Below, piece after piece: positions 9,765-19,739 of a stretch of DNA of 64,000 nt (the stretch's first letter is position 1; every line of letters starts with the position of its first letter). The notes below the pieces were generated by a model. The model was not told where the DNA came from, made no database searches, and was given only the letters and a program-made list of their open reading frames with translations. A program made the position numbers and the translations under genes. Source of the stretch: an uncultured delta proteobacterium (lineage in GTDB: Bacteria; Desulfobacterota; Syntrophia; Syntrophales; UBA2185); assembly GCA_963729715.1 (NCBI GenBank), contig CAVSPA010000003.1:192001-256000 (forward strand), read 5' to 3'.

Positions 9765-12398
9765 TCAGATCATCTTCGCCAGCTTGTCTATGGCCTTCTT
9801 TACGTTTTCGGGCTGCGGCCCTCCGGCTTGGGCCATATCCGGCCTGCCGCCGCCGCTGCCGCCGATGACGGGTGCGATCTCCTTGATGATATTCCCCGCG
9901 TGGTATTTGTCCGTTAGGTCTTTTGTCACCATACAAAGGAGCGTGGCCTTATCTGCGGCCTTGCTTCCGAGAAGGATGATGCCCGACTGGATTTTATCCT
10001 TAAGTCTGTCGCCGAGGTCGCGCATGGTCTTCGCGTCAGTCGCGTCTACCACGGCGGCAAGGACGCTTATTCCTTTTACCTTCTTGACCTTCTTGACAAG
10101 AGCCGCCATGTCTTTTGCGGCAAGCTTGACCTTAAGCGCTTCTATCTCTCTTTCCATATCTTTCTGATGCCTGAGTAGCTTCTCAACTCTTTCTGCAAGC
10201 TCCAGGGGATTCGCTTTCAAAAGCGACGCCGTTTTCTTCAACTCCCCTTCGACATCATGCACGTATTTCAAGGCCGCCCTTCCCGTCACGGCCTCGATTC
10301 TCCTCACGCCGGCTGCTATGGCTGATTCATGGATGACCTTGAGGAGACCGATGTTCCCTGTGTTCAACACATGGGTGCCGCCGCAGAGCTCCATGCTGAC
10401 GTCGCCCATTTTGACGACTCTGACCTCTTCCCCGTACTTTTCGTCAAACACGGCCTGGGCCCCCGTCTTCATCGCCTCTTCGCGGGCAAGAATATTGGTT
10501 TGAACGGGCACATTGCTCCTGATTATTTCATTGGCGATGGACTCAATCCTGTCGAGTTCTTCCTCTCCGACCCTGGAAAAATGGGTGTAGTCGAAACGGA
10601 GCCGCTCCGGGTTGACGAGGGACCCGGACTGTTTGACATGATCGCCGAGGACGCTGCGGAGCGCGGCGTTCAGGACATGTGTGCCGGAGTGATGGGCCTC
10701 CGTCGCCCGCCTCACCCCTCTGTCCACCTTCAGGGTTGCGTCCTTGCCCGTCTTTACTTCCCCTTTCTTCAGCTTCCCTATATGCGTAATCAAATCCTCG
10801 ACGGGACGCTGCGTATCCCATACCTCAAAGACAAATCCATCTCCTTGAATGATTCCGGTATCGCCGACCTGTCCGCCGGCCTCGCCGTAGAAGGGGCTCC
10901 CCGCAGTGAATATCTCTGCCTTTTCCCCTTCTTTCAGATTCTCCACCAATTCATCATTTTTCAGGATGGCCAGGATATTCGAACGCGCCTCTGTCACGCC
11001 TTCGTAGCCGACGAATTGCGTCTTGATCCCTTGGAGGGAAAGTTTCTGGTAGCTCGCGGACACGGCCTTTTCGCCGCTGCCCTTCCATGATTCCCTTGCC
11101 TTTTCCCGCTGAACCTCCATGGCTTGCTCAAATCCTTCCATGTCGACGGTGAGGCGGTCTTTCTTTACGATATCCGCAGTCAAATCAACGGGGAAGCCGA
11201 ATGTGTCATAGAGTTTGAAAACGACATCTCCCGGGACAATTGTTTTTCCCGTTTTCTTGAGTGCCGAGACTTCATCGCTCAGTATTTTCAAACCCGCATC
11301 GAGGGTCTCGATAAAGCGCTGTTCTTCATTGAAAATGACTTTCTTCACATATGCTTCTTTATCGATCAAGTCGGCATAGACGTCCTTCATCCCATCTACA
11401 ACCACAGAGGCAACCTCATGCAAAAACGGCTTGTTTATGCCGAGCAGCTTGCCGTGGCGGGCGGCTCTCCGGAGGATCCTGCGGAGCACATAGCCTCGCC
11501 CCTCGTTGCTCGGAAGAATCCCGTCTCCTATCAAAAAAGTTACTGCCCGGCTGTGATCGGCAATGACCCTGGTCGAAGTATCGGTCTCCTCGTTGGCGCC
11601 GTATTTCTTGCCGCTAATCTTTTCCACAAACCGAATAATGGGCTGGAAGAAATCCGTGTCGTAGTTGCTCTTCGCTCCCTGGACCACTGCTGCCAGACGC
11701 TCCAGCCCCATACCTGTATCGATATTCGGTTTCGGCAGGGGATTAAAATTACCATCTTTATCACGATCGAACTGCGTAAATACATGGTTCCAGATTTCCA
11801 GATGACGATCGCATTCACAGAGCACGCTGCATTCCTTCCTGCCGCAACCAACCTCCGGTCCCTGGTCATAAATAATTTCCGAGCAGGGGCCGCACGGACC
11901 GGTTTCACCCATCATCCAGAAGTTACTATCCATCCCCATACGGACAATCCTTTCGGCAGGAACGCCCATTTCCTTGTTCCAGATCTCGAAGGCCTCATCA
12001 TCATCTTTGTAAATGGTAATCCAGAGTTTCTCCTTGAGAAGACCCATTTTATTCGTGAGGAAATCCCATCCCCAGAAAATGGATTCCTTCTTGAAATAGT
12101 CGCCAAAGGAAAAATTCCCGAGCATCTCAAAAAAGGTGTGATGGCGGGCCGTATAACCGACGTTTTCCAGGTCATTGTGTTTTCCGCCGGCGCGGACGCA
12201 CTTCTGGGAGCTTGTCGCCCTTGTGTAACCTCGATCCTCCAAACCCAGAAAGCAGTTTTTAAACTGTACCATTCCCGAATTGGTAAAAAGGAGCGTGGGA
12301 TCATCCTTAGGGATAAGCGATGAACTCGGCACAACAGTATGTCCGTTCTCCTCAAAGTATTTTAAGAACCTCTCCCTGATTTCACTCCCCTTCATCAA
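9765..12398 (-). CDS. alaS: Alanine--tRNA ligase
   Basis: DPTLLFTNSGM, RHHTFFEMLGNFSFGDYFK, DTGMGLERL, ELCGGTHV, GGGRPDMAQAGG. Confidence 0.99.
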   Translation of the reverse strand: MMKGSEIRERFLKYFEENGHTVVPSSSLIPKDDPTLLFTNSGMVQFKNCFLGLEDRGYTRATSSQKCVRAGGKHNDLENVGYTARHHTFFEMLGNFSFGDYFKKESIFWGWDFLTNKMGLLKEKLWITIYKDDDEAFEIWNKEMGVPAERIVRMGMDSNFWMMGETGPCGPCSEIIYDQGPEVGCGRKECSVLCECDRHLEIWNHVFTQFDRDKDGNFNPLPKPNIDTGMGLERLAAVVQGAKSNYDTDFFQPIIRFVEKISGKKYGANEETDTSTRVIADHSRAVTFLIGDGILPSNEGRGYVLRRILRRAARHGKLLGINKPFLHEVASVVVDGMKDVYADLIDKEAYVKKVIFNEEQRFIETLDAGLKILSDEVSALKKTGKTIVPGDVVFKLYDTFGFPVDLTADIVKKDRLTVDMEGFEQAMEVQREKARESWKGSGEKAVSASYQKLSLQGIKTQFVGYEGVTEARSNILAILKNDELVENLKEGEKAEIFTAGSPFYGEAGGQVGDTGIIQGDGFVFEVWDTQRPVEDLITHIGKLKKGEVKTGKDATLKVDRGVRRATEAHHSGTHVLNAALRSVLGDHVKQSGSLVNPERLRFDYTHFSRVGEEELDRIESIANEIIRSNVPVQTNILAREEAMKTGAQAVFDEKYGEEVRVVKMGDVSMELCGGTHVLNTGNIGLLKVIHESAIAAGVRRIEAVTGRAALKYVHDVEGELKKTASLLKANPLELAERVEKLLRHQKDMEREIEALKVKLAAKDMAALVKKVKKVKGISVLAAVVDATDAKTMRDLGDRLKDKIQSGIILLGSKAADKATLLCMVTKDLTDKYHAGNIIKEIAPVIGGSGGGRPDMAQAGGPQPENVKKAIDKLAKMI

Positions 12399-12876
12399 GT
12401 AAACCCTCCTTCGATCTATTCAATATCTCAAAAATCAGGCCCGGCGGAAAACCCTTTCCCATCAGGCTCTGCGCTAATCTCCTTCTTTCTCTATCATCAA
12501 TCTTCCAGGCGCCGCTGTCCAGCTTTTTTCTGATCAAAAGAATGACAGCCTTCTGCTCCGGCAGTTCTTCCCGCACCTCAGTCAGAACCTGCCTGATCAG
12601 AGGCTGCGGAATCCCCTTTTCCACGAGACTTGCTTCAATCCTTCGGTTGCCAAAAAGCTTGTTCACCGCAAGATTCCGGGCCCACTGTCTGGCAAACGAT
12701 TCATCATCGAGATAGTTGAGTTCCCGGAGCCTTGCTGCTACTTCCTCCACTATGGATTCGTCAAACCCCTTTTCTTTCAATTTGGCCCGCAATTCTTTTT
12801 CACTCCTTGCCCGCATGGCAAGGAGCCGAAAGGCCCGTTGCTTTGCTTTTTCCAGAGGTGGGGCTTCCTTCGGCAT
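12382..12876 (-). CDS. recX: Regulatory protein RecX
   Basis: RLLAMRARSEKELR.KL..KGF and YLDDESFA; lies between recA and alaS. Confidence 0.92.
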   Translation of the reverse strand: MPKEAPPLEKAKQRAFRLLAMRARSEKELRAKLKEKGFDESIVEEVAARLRELNYLDDESFARQWARNLAVNKLFGNRRIEASLVEKGIPQPLIRQVLTEVREELPEQKAVILLIRKKLDSGAWKIDDRERRRLAQSLMGKGFPPGLIFEILNRSKEGLLDEGE

Positions 12877-12890
12877 GCCTTCTTCGACCC

Positions 12891-13892
12891 TTAGCCCGCA
12901 AGACCGATCTTTTCCCGAACTTCATCTTCAAGCTGCTTTAGAATATCCTTATTCTCTTTGAGGAAGACACGTGAATTATCCCTTCCCTGGCCGACCCTCT
13001 CGCCTTTATAGGAATACCAAGCCCCGCTTTTTTCGACAATGCCATTTTCCACGGCAAGATCGAGAATATCCCCCTCTCTCGAAATACCTTCCCCAAAGAT
13101 AATATCGAATTCCGTTTCCCGGAAAGGCGGGGCGACCTTATTCTTGACCACCTTGACCTTTGTTCGGAATCCGATGATCTCCTGCCCTATTTTGATGGAT
13201 GTCATCTTCCTTATGTCGAGGCGCATGGAAGAATAAAATTTGAGGGCATTGCCTCCCGTCGTGGTTTCCGGACTGCCGAAGAACACGCCTATCTTCATTC
13301 TGATCTGGTTTATGAAGATCACCGTGGTCTTGGACTTGCTGATACTGCCTGTGAGCTTACGTAGCGCCTGCGACATTAGCCGGGCCTGGAGCCCCATCTG
13401 GGCATCCCCCATCTCTCCCTCGAGTTCCGCCTTGGGCACTAAAGCGGCAACAGAATCGATGACGAGGATATCCAGTGCCCCGCTTCTCACGAGCGTCTCT
13501 GCAATCTCCAGGGCCTGCTCACCTGTATCCGGCTGGGAAATGAGGAGATCGTCCGTATTGACACCGATCCTTTTCGCATAGCCTACATCGAGGGCATGCT
13601 CTGCGTCGATGAAGGCAGCGAGGCCATTTCTCTTCTGAGCTTCCGCGATGATATGGAGGGCCAGGGTTGTCTTGCCGCCCGCCTCAGGGCCGTATATTTC
13701 TATGACCCTCCCGCGGGGAACCCCTCCCACGCCGAGGGCGAGGTCAAGGCTCAGTGATCCCGTCGGAATAACGGCGATGTCAGATACGTATTCACTCCCC
13801 CCCAGTCTCATGATGGAACCTTTTCCAAACTGCCTCTCGATCTGCGTGATAGCCAGTTCTACCGACTTTTCTCTATCGATATCTGATGCCAT
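12891..13892 (-). CDS. recA: Recombinase RecA
   Basis: [48 protein letters not shown] before ATG 13892. Confidence 0.99.
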   Translation of the reverse strand: MASDIDREKSVELAITQIERQFGKGSIMRLGGSEYVSDIAVIPTGSLSLDLALGVGGVPRGRVIEIYGPEAGGKTTLALHIIAEAQKRNGLAAFIDAEHALDVGYAKRIGVNTDDLLISQPDTGEQALEIAETLVRSGALDILVIDSVAALVPKAELEGEMGDAQMGLQARLMSQALRKLTGSISKSKTTVIFINQIRMKIGVFFGSPETTTGGNALKFYSSMRLDIRKMTSIKIGQEIIGFRTKVKVVKNKVAPPFRETEFDIIFGEGISREGDILDLAVENGIVEKSGAWYSYKGERVGQGRDNSRVFLKENKDILKQLEDEVREKIGLAG

Positions 13893-13948
13893 AATCACCT
13901 CCATAAAAAATAAAAATAAATCATATTACCAATCCTCAATCTGCCTGC

Positions 13949-14530
13949 TCATTCGGGGAAAGGGAAGTATGAGAGTTTCGTGTAAATCGCCCCCGTTGGC
14001 TTCAGATCACTCTTGAAGAGCGTGAGGCCACTGACAGTAAAGTTCCCCGCAACGTAATCTTCATTTTTTTTCACAGTTTCTGCAAGTCCAACCAATCCCT
14101 TGGGCTCCTTAACGCGCGCGAGGGTCAGATGCGGCTGGAAGGGCCTGTCCTCTTTCTTAAAACCATACTCCTGAAACCCTGTATCAATTTCTGCCTGAAG
14201 GCTGATGAGCGCATCTGTGTCGCCGTCAATCCCCAGCCATACAACCCGGGGCCGGTTCACGCTCGGAAATGCCCCGATATTTCTTACATTCAGCATCAGC
14301 GCCTTCATGTTTGCCAAGCCATCTTTTACCACACGGGAAATATGTGCAATATCCGATTCATAAACATAGCCAAAAAATTTCAGTGTCAGATGGATGCCCT
14401 CCGGTCTCACCCAGCGTATGTTCCCGTGTATGACTTTTATTAACCGTTCCTGAATCTTGATAATCTCTCTGAATATTTCCTCAGGAGGGTCGACAGCCAG
14501 AAACGCCCTTATGGCTTTCTCATCGCTCAT
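13949..14530 (-). CDS. thpR: RNA 2',3'-cyclic phosphodiesterase
   Basis: Two HxT motifs (HLTLKF, PHLTLAR) and RPRVVWLG. Confidence 0.93.
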   Translation of the reverse strand: MSDEKAIRAFLAVDPPEEIFREIIKIQERLIKVIHGNIRWVRPEGIHLTLKFFGYVYESDIAHISRVVKDGLANMKALMLNVRNIGAFPSVNRPRVVWLGIDGDTDALISLQAEIDTGFQEYGFKKEDRPFQPHLTLARVKEPKGLVGLAETVKKNEDYVAGNFTVSGLTLFKSDLKPTGAIYTKLSYFPFPE

Positions 14531-15779
14531 GTTGAAGCTCGCCTGTCAGGTATCTCTTAAGCATTATGAGTGCCGCCTGGGACATCATCGTCTTGTTTCT
14601 CCGTCGGTCCCACCGGAAGGTGTGATGCCGGCAGAAGGTTATCGTTCCATCTGCGAGGGCGATAAAAACAGTTCCCACGGGCTTCTCCGCCGTTCCGCCC
14701 GTAGGGCCGGCGATCCCCGTTGTTGAAATTCCGAGATTACATTTCCCGAGTTTTCTTACGCCCTCTGCCATTAAGACGGCGGTCTTCTCGCTTACGGCGC
14801 CGAATTCTTTCAGCACATCTTCCGGCACTCCGAGGAGGTCGGCTTTGCAATCATTGCTGTAGGCAATGACGCCTCTTTCGAGAAAGGCGGAACTGCCGGG
14901 CACATCCGTAAGACGATCGGTGATAAGACCACCTGTGCAAGACTCGGCAACGGCAAGGGTCAGTTTCTTGTCCGTCAGGAGCCTGGCAACGATGCCTTCG
15001 AGGGTATCTTGATCATATGCGAAGATATATTGCTTAAGCCTTTGTGATACGCGCCCAGCGGCGGCTGTGATGCTTTCCTTCGCATCTTTTTCCGTTGCGG
15101 CAATCGCCGTGAGGACAATCTGTATCTCCGGGAAGTTCGGATAAAAACCGATATTCACTCCGAGGCCGGCGAAATCAACATCCGCAAGAAGCTGATCCAC
15201 ATTAGCTTCGGTAATGCCGGATAATTTGACAGTCCTGCTTTCCACATGCCCTGCTTCGTCCTTAAATTCCTTCCTGAGGATAGGGATGACGCCGTCGGGG
15301 ACCATCCTCTTCGCTTCCGAGGGCACTCCGGGAACGACAGCTATTATCTTCCCATCTCGCTTGAGAGCGTATCCCCAGGCCATTCCCACAGGATTCTTTA
15401 TCGTCTCCGCTCCCTCCGGAACGTGGGCCTGCTTCTCATTATTTGCCGTCCATTTGAGCTGAAATGTTTCAAATCTGTCCCGGATATGTTTGAGGGCAGC
15501 CTGATCGGTATAAATGCCGAGACCAAAAGCCCTGGCTACGGCGGAAGTGGTGATATCATCTGCCGTGGGACCGAGGCCGCCTGTGACGAGAACGGCATCG
15601 GAAAGGGACATGATGTGATCAAGTCCCGTCTTTATTGAGCCCTCATCATCGGGAACGGACATTATGATCGATGTCTGCCACCCCTGTGCTTGCAGCTGGC
15701 GGGCAATGAAGGAAGAGTTTGTATCCTGTGTCTTCCCGCTCGTCAATTCGTTGCCGATGGTCAATATGCCGACTTTCAT
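14520..15779 (-). CDS. cinA: Competence/damage-inducible protein CinA (PncC domain)
   Basis: IGNEL..G...DTN, TGGLGPT.DD.T, AESCTGG, TGIAGP.GG. Confidence 0.95.
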   Translation of the reverse strand: MKVGILTIGNELTSGKTQDTNSSFIARQLQAQGWQTSIIMSVPDDEGSIKTGLDHIMSLSDAVLVTGGLGPTADDITTSAVARAFGLGIYTDQAALKHIRDRFETFQLKWTANNEKQAHVPEGAETIKNPVGMAWGYALKRDGKIIAVVPGVPSEAKRMVPDGVIPILRKEFKDEAGHVESRTVKLSGITEANVDQLLADVDFAGLGVNIGFYPNFPEIQIVLTAIAATEKDAKESITAAAGRVSQRLKQYIFAYDQDTLEGIVARLLTDKKLTLAVAESCTGGLITDRLTDVPGSSAFLERGVIAYSNDCKADLLGVPEDVLKEFGAVSEKTAVLMAEGVRKLGKCNLGISTTGIAGPTGGTAEKPVGTVFIALADGTITFCRHHTFRWDRRRNKTMMSQAALIMLKRYLTGELQHER

Positions 15780-15829
15780 ACGAATATATCTTCGATCAGA
15801 AAAAATATTCTGCCATACAATCTGAGATT

Positions 15830-16345
15830 CTATATGCCCCAGAATTTAATGATAAGGAGCAGCGCGATGTTGGCGTACATGCCTGCAACAACATCATCTA
15901 TCACCACCCCATAGCCGCCGGGGAGTCTCTTATGGAAATACCCTGCCGGGAATATCTTGAGAATATCAAAGAAGCGGAAAAGGATGAAACCGATAAACAC
16001 ATGCAAAACTGTCGATGCAACCAGGAACATGGTCCATTGAAAACCGACCATTTCATCGATAACAATGCAGGATATATCCTTTTCGCCGAACATTCTTTCG
16101 GCTCGACCGGATACATAACATGCGAGTGCGGTGAAGGCCACCACAAATACGAAATAGAGTATCCACGACAACCGGGAAAAGGCCAGATATATCGGTATAC
16201 CGACAATCGTGCCGGCAGTGCCCGGAGCAAAAGGGACAAGCCCGCTGCCGAAACCGATTGCAATAAACTTAATTACTCGATTGATCAGAAAGGCACCTCT
16301 TCTTAGCTGAATATGTGACACGTCTATTTTTTTAGGCAGCAACAA
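15830..16345 (-). CDS. pgpA: Phosphatidylglycerophosphatase A (start uncertain)
   Basis: GFGSG..PFAPGTAG, IVIDEMVG, LFRFFDILK, DDVVAG. Confidence 0.93.
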   Translation of the reverse strand: MLLPKKIDVSHIQLRRGAFLINRVIKFIAIGFGSGLVPFAPGTAGTIVGIPIYLAFSRLSWILYFVFVVAFTALACYVSGRAERMFGEKDISCIVIDEMVGFQWTMFLVASTVLHVFIGFILFRFFDILKIFPAGYFHKRLPGGYGVVIDDVVAGMYANIALLLIIKFWGI

Positions 16346-16401
16346 TACCTTCTTTTCATAACCCTGTCAACGGCATTGAAAAACGATTCGGCATCCTTTT
16401 C

Positions 16402-16431
16402 TTGACACAAAGAGGAATTTTCCCATATACT
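16402..16431 (+). promoter_or_regulatory. Sigma70-type promoter
   Basis: TTGACA-18 bp-TATACT upstream of ATG 16460. Confidence 0.55.
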
Positions 16432-16459
16432 TGGCTACTATAACTTTTATGCGTGAGAG

Positions 16460-17032
16460 ATGAGAATCAGGATAACAACCGAATCACTTGATACCTTGGG
16501 GCGTGAAGGCTTGGCTCTGGGCTTCTTTCTTGATGAAAGGCCCCCGAAGGGTCACTGCGGCTTCGTGGACTGGCGCCTCAACGGCATGATATCCAGAGAG
16601 CTCGCCCGTGGTCATATCGCCGCAGCATTCATGGAGAAAATCATGATTGCCTCCCCCCCGCGTATTCCCGCCTCCAAAATTTTGCTTCTCGGTATGGGAA
16701 CTTTGGCTGAACTTACTGATGATAAACTTTATCAGGCGGGATATCATCTGTCGGAGATAATGGATAGTATCCTCTGTAATGATTTCGCTTTTGATCTTCC
16801 CGCCGCCGGTCGGTGCCATTTGCCTGTATCTGCAATAACAGAATCAATGATTCGCGGATGTTTTGATTTTCTGTCCCGAGACATTGAAAAATGGGCGACC
16901 TCTTCTACAACCATCATTGCAGATGAGTCCTATCTCGACGACGTTGTCAGCGGTTTGCATAATTTCAGGATCAACGCGAGAGACATATCCATCATCGAAA
17001 TTGAAGGTTCTCCGGAGAAAACAATTATCTGA
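16460..17032 (+). CDS. Stand-alone M17 peptidase N-terminal-like domain protein
   Basis: FFLDERPPKG..GFVDWRLNG.IS and KILLLGMG motifs; no catalytic domain follows. Confidence 0.7.
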   Translation: MRIRITTESLDTLGREGLALGFFLDERPPKGHCGFVDWRLNGMISRELARGHIAAAFMEKIMIASPPRIPASKILLLGMGTLAELTDDKLYQAGYHLSEIMDSILCNDFAFDLPAAGRCHLPVSAITESMIRGCFDFLSRDIEKWATSSTTIIADESYLDDVVSGLHNFRINARDISIIEIEGSPEKTII

Positions 17033-17108
17033 TCCCTGCCGGCGCACCTGACCCTCACATACGTTCCCCAATGATCTTCATGGTTTCTTTCCTTTCGAGA
17101 AAATCTTC

Positions 17109-17138
17109 TTGACAATAGAACGATAGTTCTATTAATCT
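17109..17138 (+). promoter_or_regulatory. dinB promoter with palindromic operator (putative LexA box)
   Basis: TTGACA at 17109 and TAATCT at 17133; AATAGAAC-GATA-GTTCTATT palindrome at 17114-17133. Confidence 0.7.
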
Positions 17139-17169
17139 GCTTCTGTGGAAGAAAAATGGAGGTTATCCT

Positions 17170-18477
17170 GTGAGCGAAATCCTTTTTAGCCTTTATTCAT
17201 GGCCCCAGGCCATTATTCATATCGATGGCGACGCCTTCTTTACATCCTGCGAGGAAGCCATTCATCCGGAGCTTAAAGGGAAACCCATCATCACAGGGGG
17301 AGAGCGGGGGATTGTGGCTTGCGCCAGCTATCCCGCGAAAAGGCTGGGGATCAAGCGCGGCGTTCCCCTCCATGAGGCAAGAGCCCTCTGCCCGGAGCTT
17401 ATCATCCTACCCTCCGACTATGAGACCTACAGCCTTTTTTCCCGGCGGATGTTCAACATCATAAGGCGCTTCACCCCCCAGGTGGAAGAATATTCCATCG
17501 ATGAGGCCTTTGCAGACATCACCGGCATGCGCAGGACCCATCATGCCTCATATGATACCATCACCCTCCGGATAAAAAGCGAGATCCAACGTGAGCTGGG
17601 CATTACCATATCGGCAGGGCTGAGCCTCACCAAGGTGCTTGCCAAGGTGGCTTCCAAGCATAAGAAGCCGGACGGCTTTACCGCCATTCCCGGAAGATTG
17701 ATTGCCTGGTATCTCAAGGACCTGCCGGTAGAAAAGATATGGGGCATAGGTCACGCCACAGCCAGTTATCTGGAGAAAATGAAGGTCAGAACCGCCCTCG
17801 AATTTGCCAGGCTCCCGGAGAGCACCATGGAAGAACGCTTCACGAAGCCCGGCGTGGAGACATGGAGAGAGTTGCGGGGCGAATCCGTATATCCCGTATC
17901 ACCGGAAGAGAAGAGCACCTATGCCTCTATCAGCAAGACAAAGACCTTTTCTCCCCCGACGTCCGACCGGGAATATCTCTTTGGCCATCTTCTGAGAAAC
18001 ATGGAATCCGCCTGTATCAAGGCAAGGCGCTATTCCTTGGCCGCCCGGAAGATCATTCCCTTCCTGAAGAAAAATAATTTCGATACGGCAGGCTGCGAGG
18101 CAAAGCTGACGCGTCCCTCCGTGTATCCCTTGGAACTCTCCCCCCTTCTCCAGGAACTTTTTGACGGCCTCTATGAGGAAAAGGAGATCTACCGGTCCAC
18201 AGGCATCGTCCTTGTTGACCTTGTACCCGATACCCCCGTTCAGTACACCCTCTTTGAAGATCCGCTGAAAGCGGAGAAGATTAGGCAGCTCTATGACGCG
18301 GCCGATACCCTGAGCGGGAAGTACGGCAAGCACACCCTCCACTTGGGCGGCTCGCACGCAATCGAGGTCTTCGGCAAAGGCAGGCGTGGAGCGCCAACGG
18401 TCAGGCAGCAAACCCGCATGTACGGTGAGACGAAGCGCAAACACATAGGGCTACCCATCCTGCACGTAAAGACTTAA
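17170..18477 (+). CDS. dinB: DNA polymerase IV (Y family)
   Basis: IHIDGDAFF, ASYPAK..GI, YSIDEAF.D, KVLAK.AS...KPDG, IWGIG. Confidence 0.93.
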   Translation: MSEILFSLYSWPQAIIHIDGDAFFTSCEEAIHPELKGKPIITGGERGIVACASYPAKRLGIKRGVPLHEARALCPELIILPSDYETYSLFSRRMFNIIRRFTPQVEEYSIDEAFADITGMRRTHHASYDTITLRIKSEIQRELGITISAGLSLTKVLAKVASKHKKPDGFTAIPGRLIAWYLKDLPVEKIWGIGHATASYLEKMKVRTALEFARLPESTMEERFTKPGVETWRELRGESVYPVSPEEKSTYASISKTKTFSPPTSDREYLFGHLLRNMESACIKARRYSLAARKIIPFLKKNNFDTAGCEAKLTRPSVYPLELSPLLQELFDGLYEEKEIYRSTGIVLVDLVPDTPVQYTLFEDPLKAEKIRQLYDAADTLSGKYGKHTLHLGGSHAIEVFGKGRRGAPTVRQQTRMYGETKRKHIGLPILHVKT

Positions 18478-18505
18478 CAGGCCGTTGAAGAATACCCTCC
18501 ACCTT

Positions 18506-19669
18506 TTACTCAAATGCCAATATGGACACCAGGCTGTCAGCTACTGCGAGACCGGTACGGGTAGGCTGCAGATAACCTTCATTTATTTCAATGAATCCTG
18601 CTTTAACGAGTCTTGCCAGGGCATCAGCTTTTTCTGATATGAGATCATAACCATACCTGCAGGAATAATTGTGCAGGTGGATGCCCCTCTTCGTGCGGAG
18701 ACCGAGGAAGAATGCTTCCAGATGCAATTGGTCTCTCGTCAGTATCTCCGAGGAATTTGGAGGCAGCTTTCCCGCCTCGATATCCCTGATATATTCCTCA
18801 AGAGAACTATGATTCCACCAGCGCTTATGTCCCATAAAAGAATGCGCAGCCGGGCCCAGACCGAGGTAACATGTATGGTTCCAGTATTTCTGATTATGCT
18901 TTGATGCGAGGGAAATGTCCCTTGCGAAGTTGGATACCTCATAGTGGACGTATCCGGCATTTTCAAGGATTTCTGAAGTCTTCATGAAGAATGCATGCTG
19001 CAGCTCTTCGTTGGGCAAGACAATTTTTCCCCGGCGATACCGGAGGCCAAGGGGTGTGCCGGCTTCGATGGTCAACTGATAACAGGAAAGGTGCGCTAAC
19101 TTAAGAAATAGTGCCTGCGATACGGTGTCGAGCCATGAAGTCATATTCTGTCCGGGTATGCCATAAATCAGATCGATTCCGATGTTTTCAAATCCGGCGT
19201 TCCCCGCTGCTTCTATAGTATTTAGGGCCTCGCGGACGGAGTGCCTGCGCTTCAGGAATGTCAGAACCTTATCGTCAAATGACTGGACGCCGATGTTGAG
19301 GCGATTGAATCCCAGGTGGCGAAGTGATTCAAGATATTCCTGCGGACTATCTGCCGGATTGATCTCGACGGTGATTTCCGGGTTAGGTGAGAGGATGAAG
19401 GTATTTCGAATATTCGACAGAATGCTGTCGAAGTGCTCTATGGCAAGGAGAGAGGGAGTGCCGCCGCCGATATAGACAGTGTCAACGCGGGTGAACGCCT
19501 CCCGGTACATTTCCATTTCCCCGAAAAGTGCGTGCAGGAATTCGTCGACCATGGTGAAAGAGGTAACCGAATAGAAGTTGCAGTAGGGACATTTGCTTTT
19601 GCAGAAGGGTATGTGAATGTACAGGCCGGGAGTTGTATCTGTTGTTGAGATGTCTATGCTGGATTCCAT
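18506..19669 (-). CDS. hemW: Radical SAM heme chaperone HemW
   Basis: YIHIPFCKSKCPYC, GGGTPS, DLIYGIPGQ, HYEVSNFA, HNQKYW; downstream of lepA. Confidence 0.88.
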   Translation of the reverse strand: MESSIDISTTDTTPGLYIHIPFCKSKCPYCNFYSVTSFTMVDEFLHALFGEMEMYREAFTRVDTVYIGGGTPSLLAIEHFDSILSNIRNTFILSPNPEITVEINPADSPQEYLESLRHLGFNRLNIGVQSFDDKVLTFLKRRHSVREALNTIEAAGNAGFENIGIDLIYGIPGQNMTSWLDTVSQALFLKLAHLSCYQLTIEAGTPLGLRYRRGKIVLPNEELQHAFFMKTSEILENAGYVHYEVSNFARDISLASKHNQKYWNHTCYLGLGPAAHSFMGHKRWWNHSSLEEYIRDIEAGKLPPNSSEILTRDQLHLEAFFLGLRTKRGIHLHNYSCRYGYDLISEKADALARLVKAGFIEINEGYLQPTRTGLAVADSLVSILAFE

Positions 19670-19739
19670 ATCAAGAGGTTTAGAAAAGTGAAAATTGATT
19701 TCGTGAGGGGTTAATCAAAAATTTTATCATGGTGCATCT

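Noticed and set aside
11124..12323. 399-aa plus-strand ORF
   Set aside because: Antisense shadow of alaS with no recognisable motifs. The same applies to 7914..8819, 32689..33636, 39094..39819, 43883..44641, 51295..52023 and 57421..58203.
9765..16345. pgpA-cinA-thpR-recA-recX-alaS cluster as a novel system
   Set aside because: This is a common conserved housekeeping arrangement.
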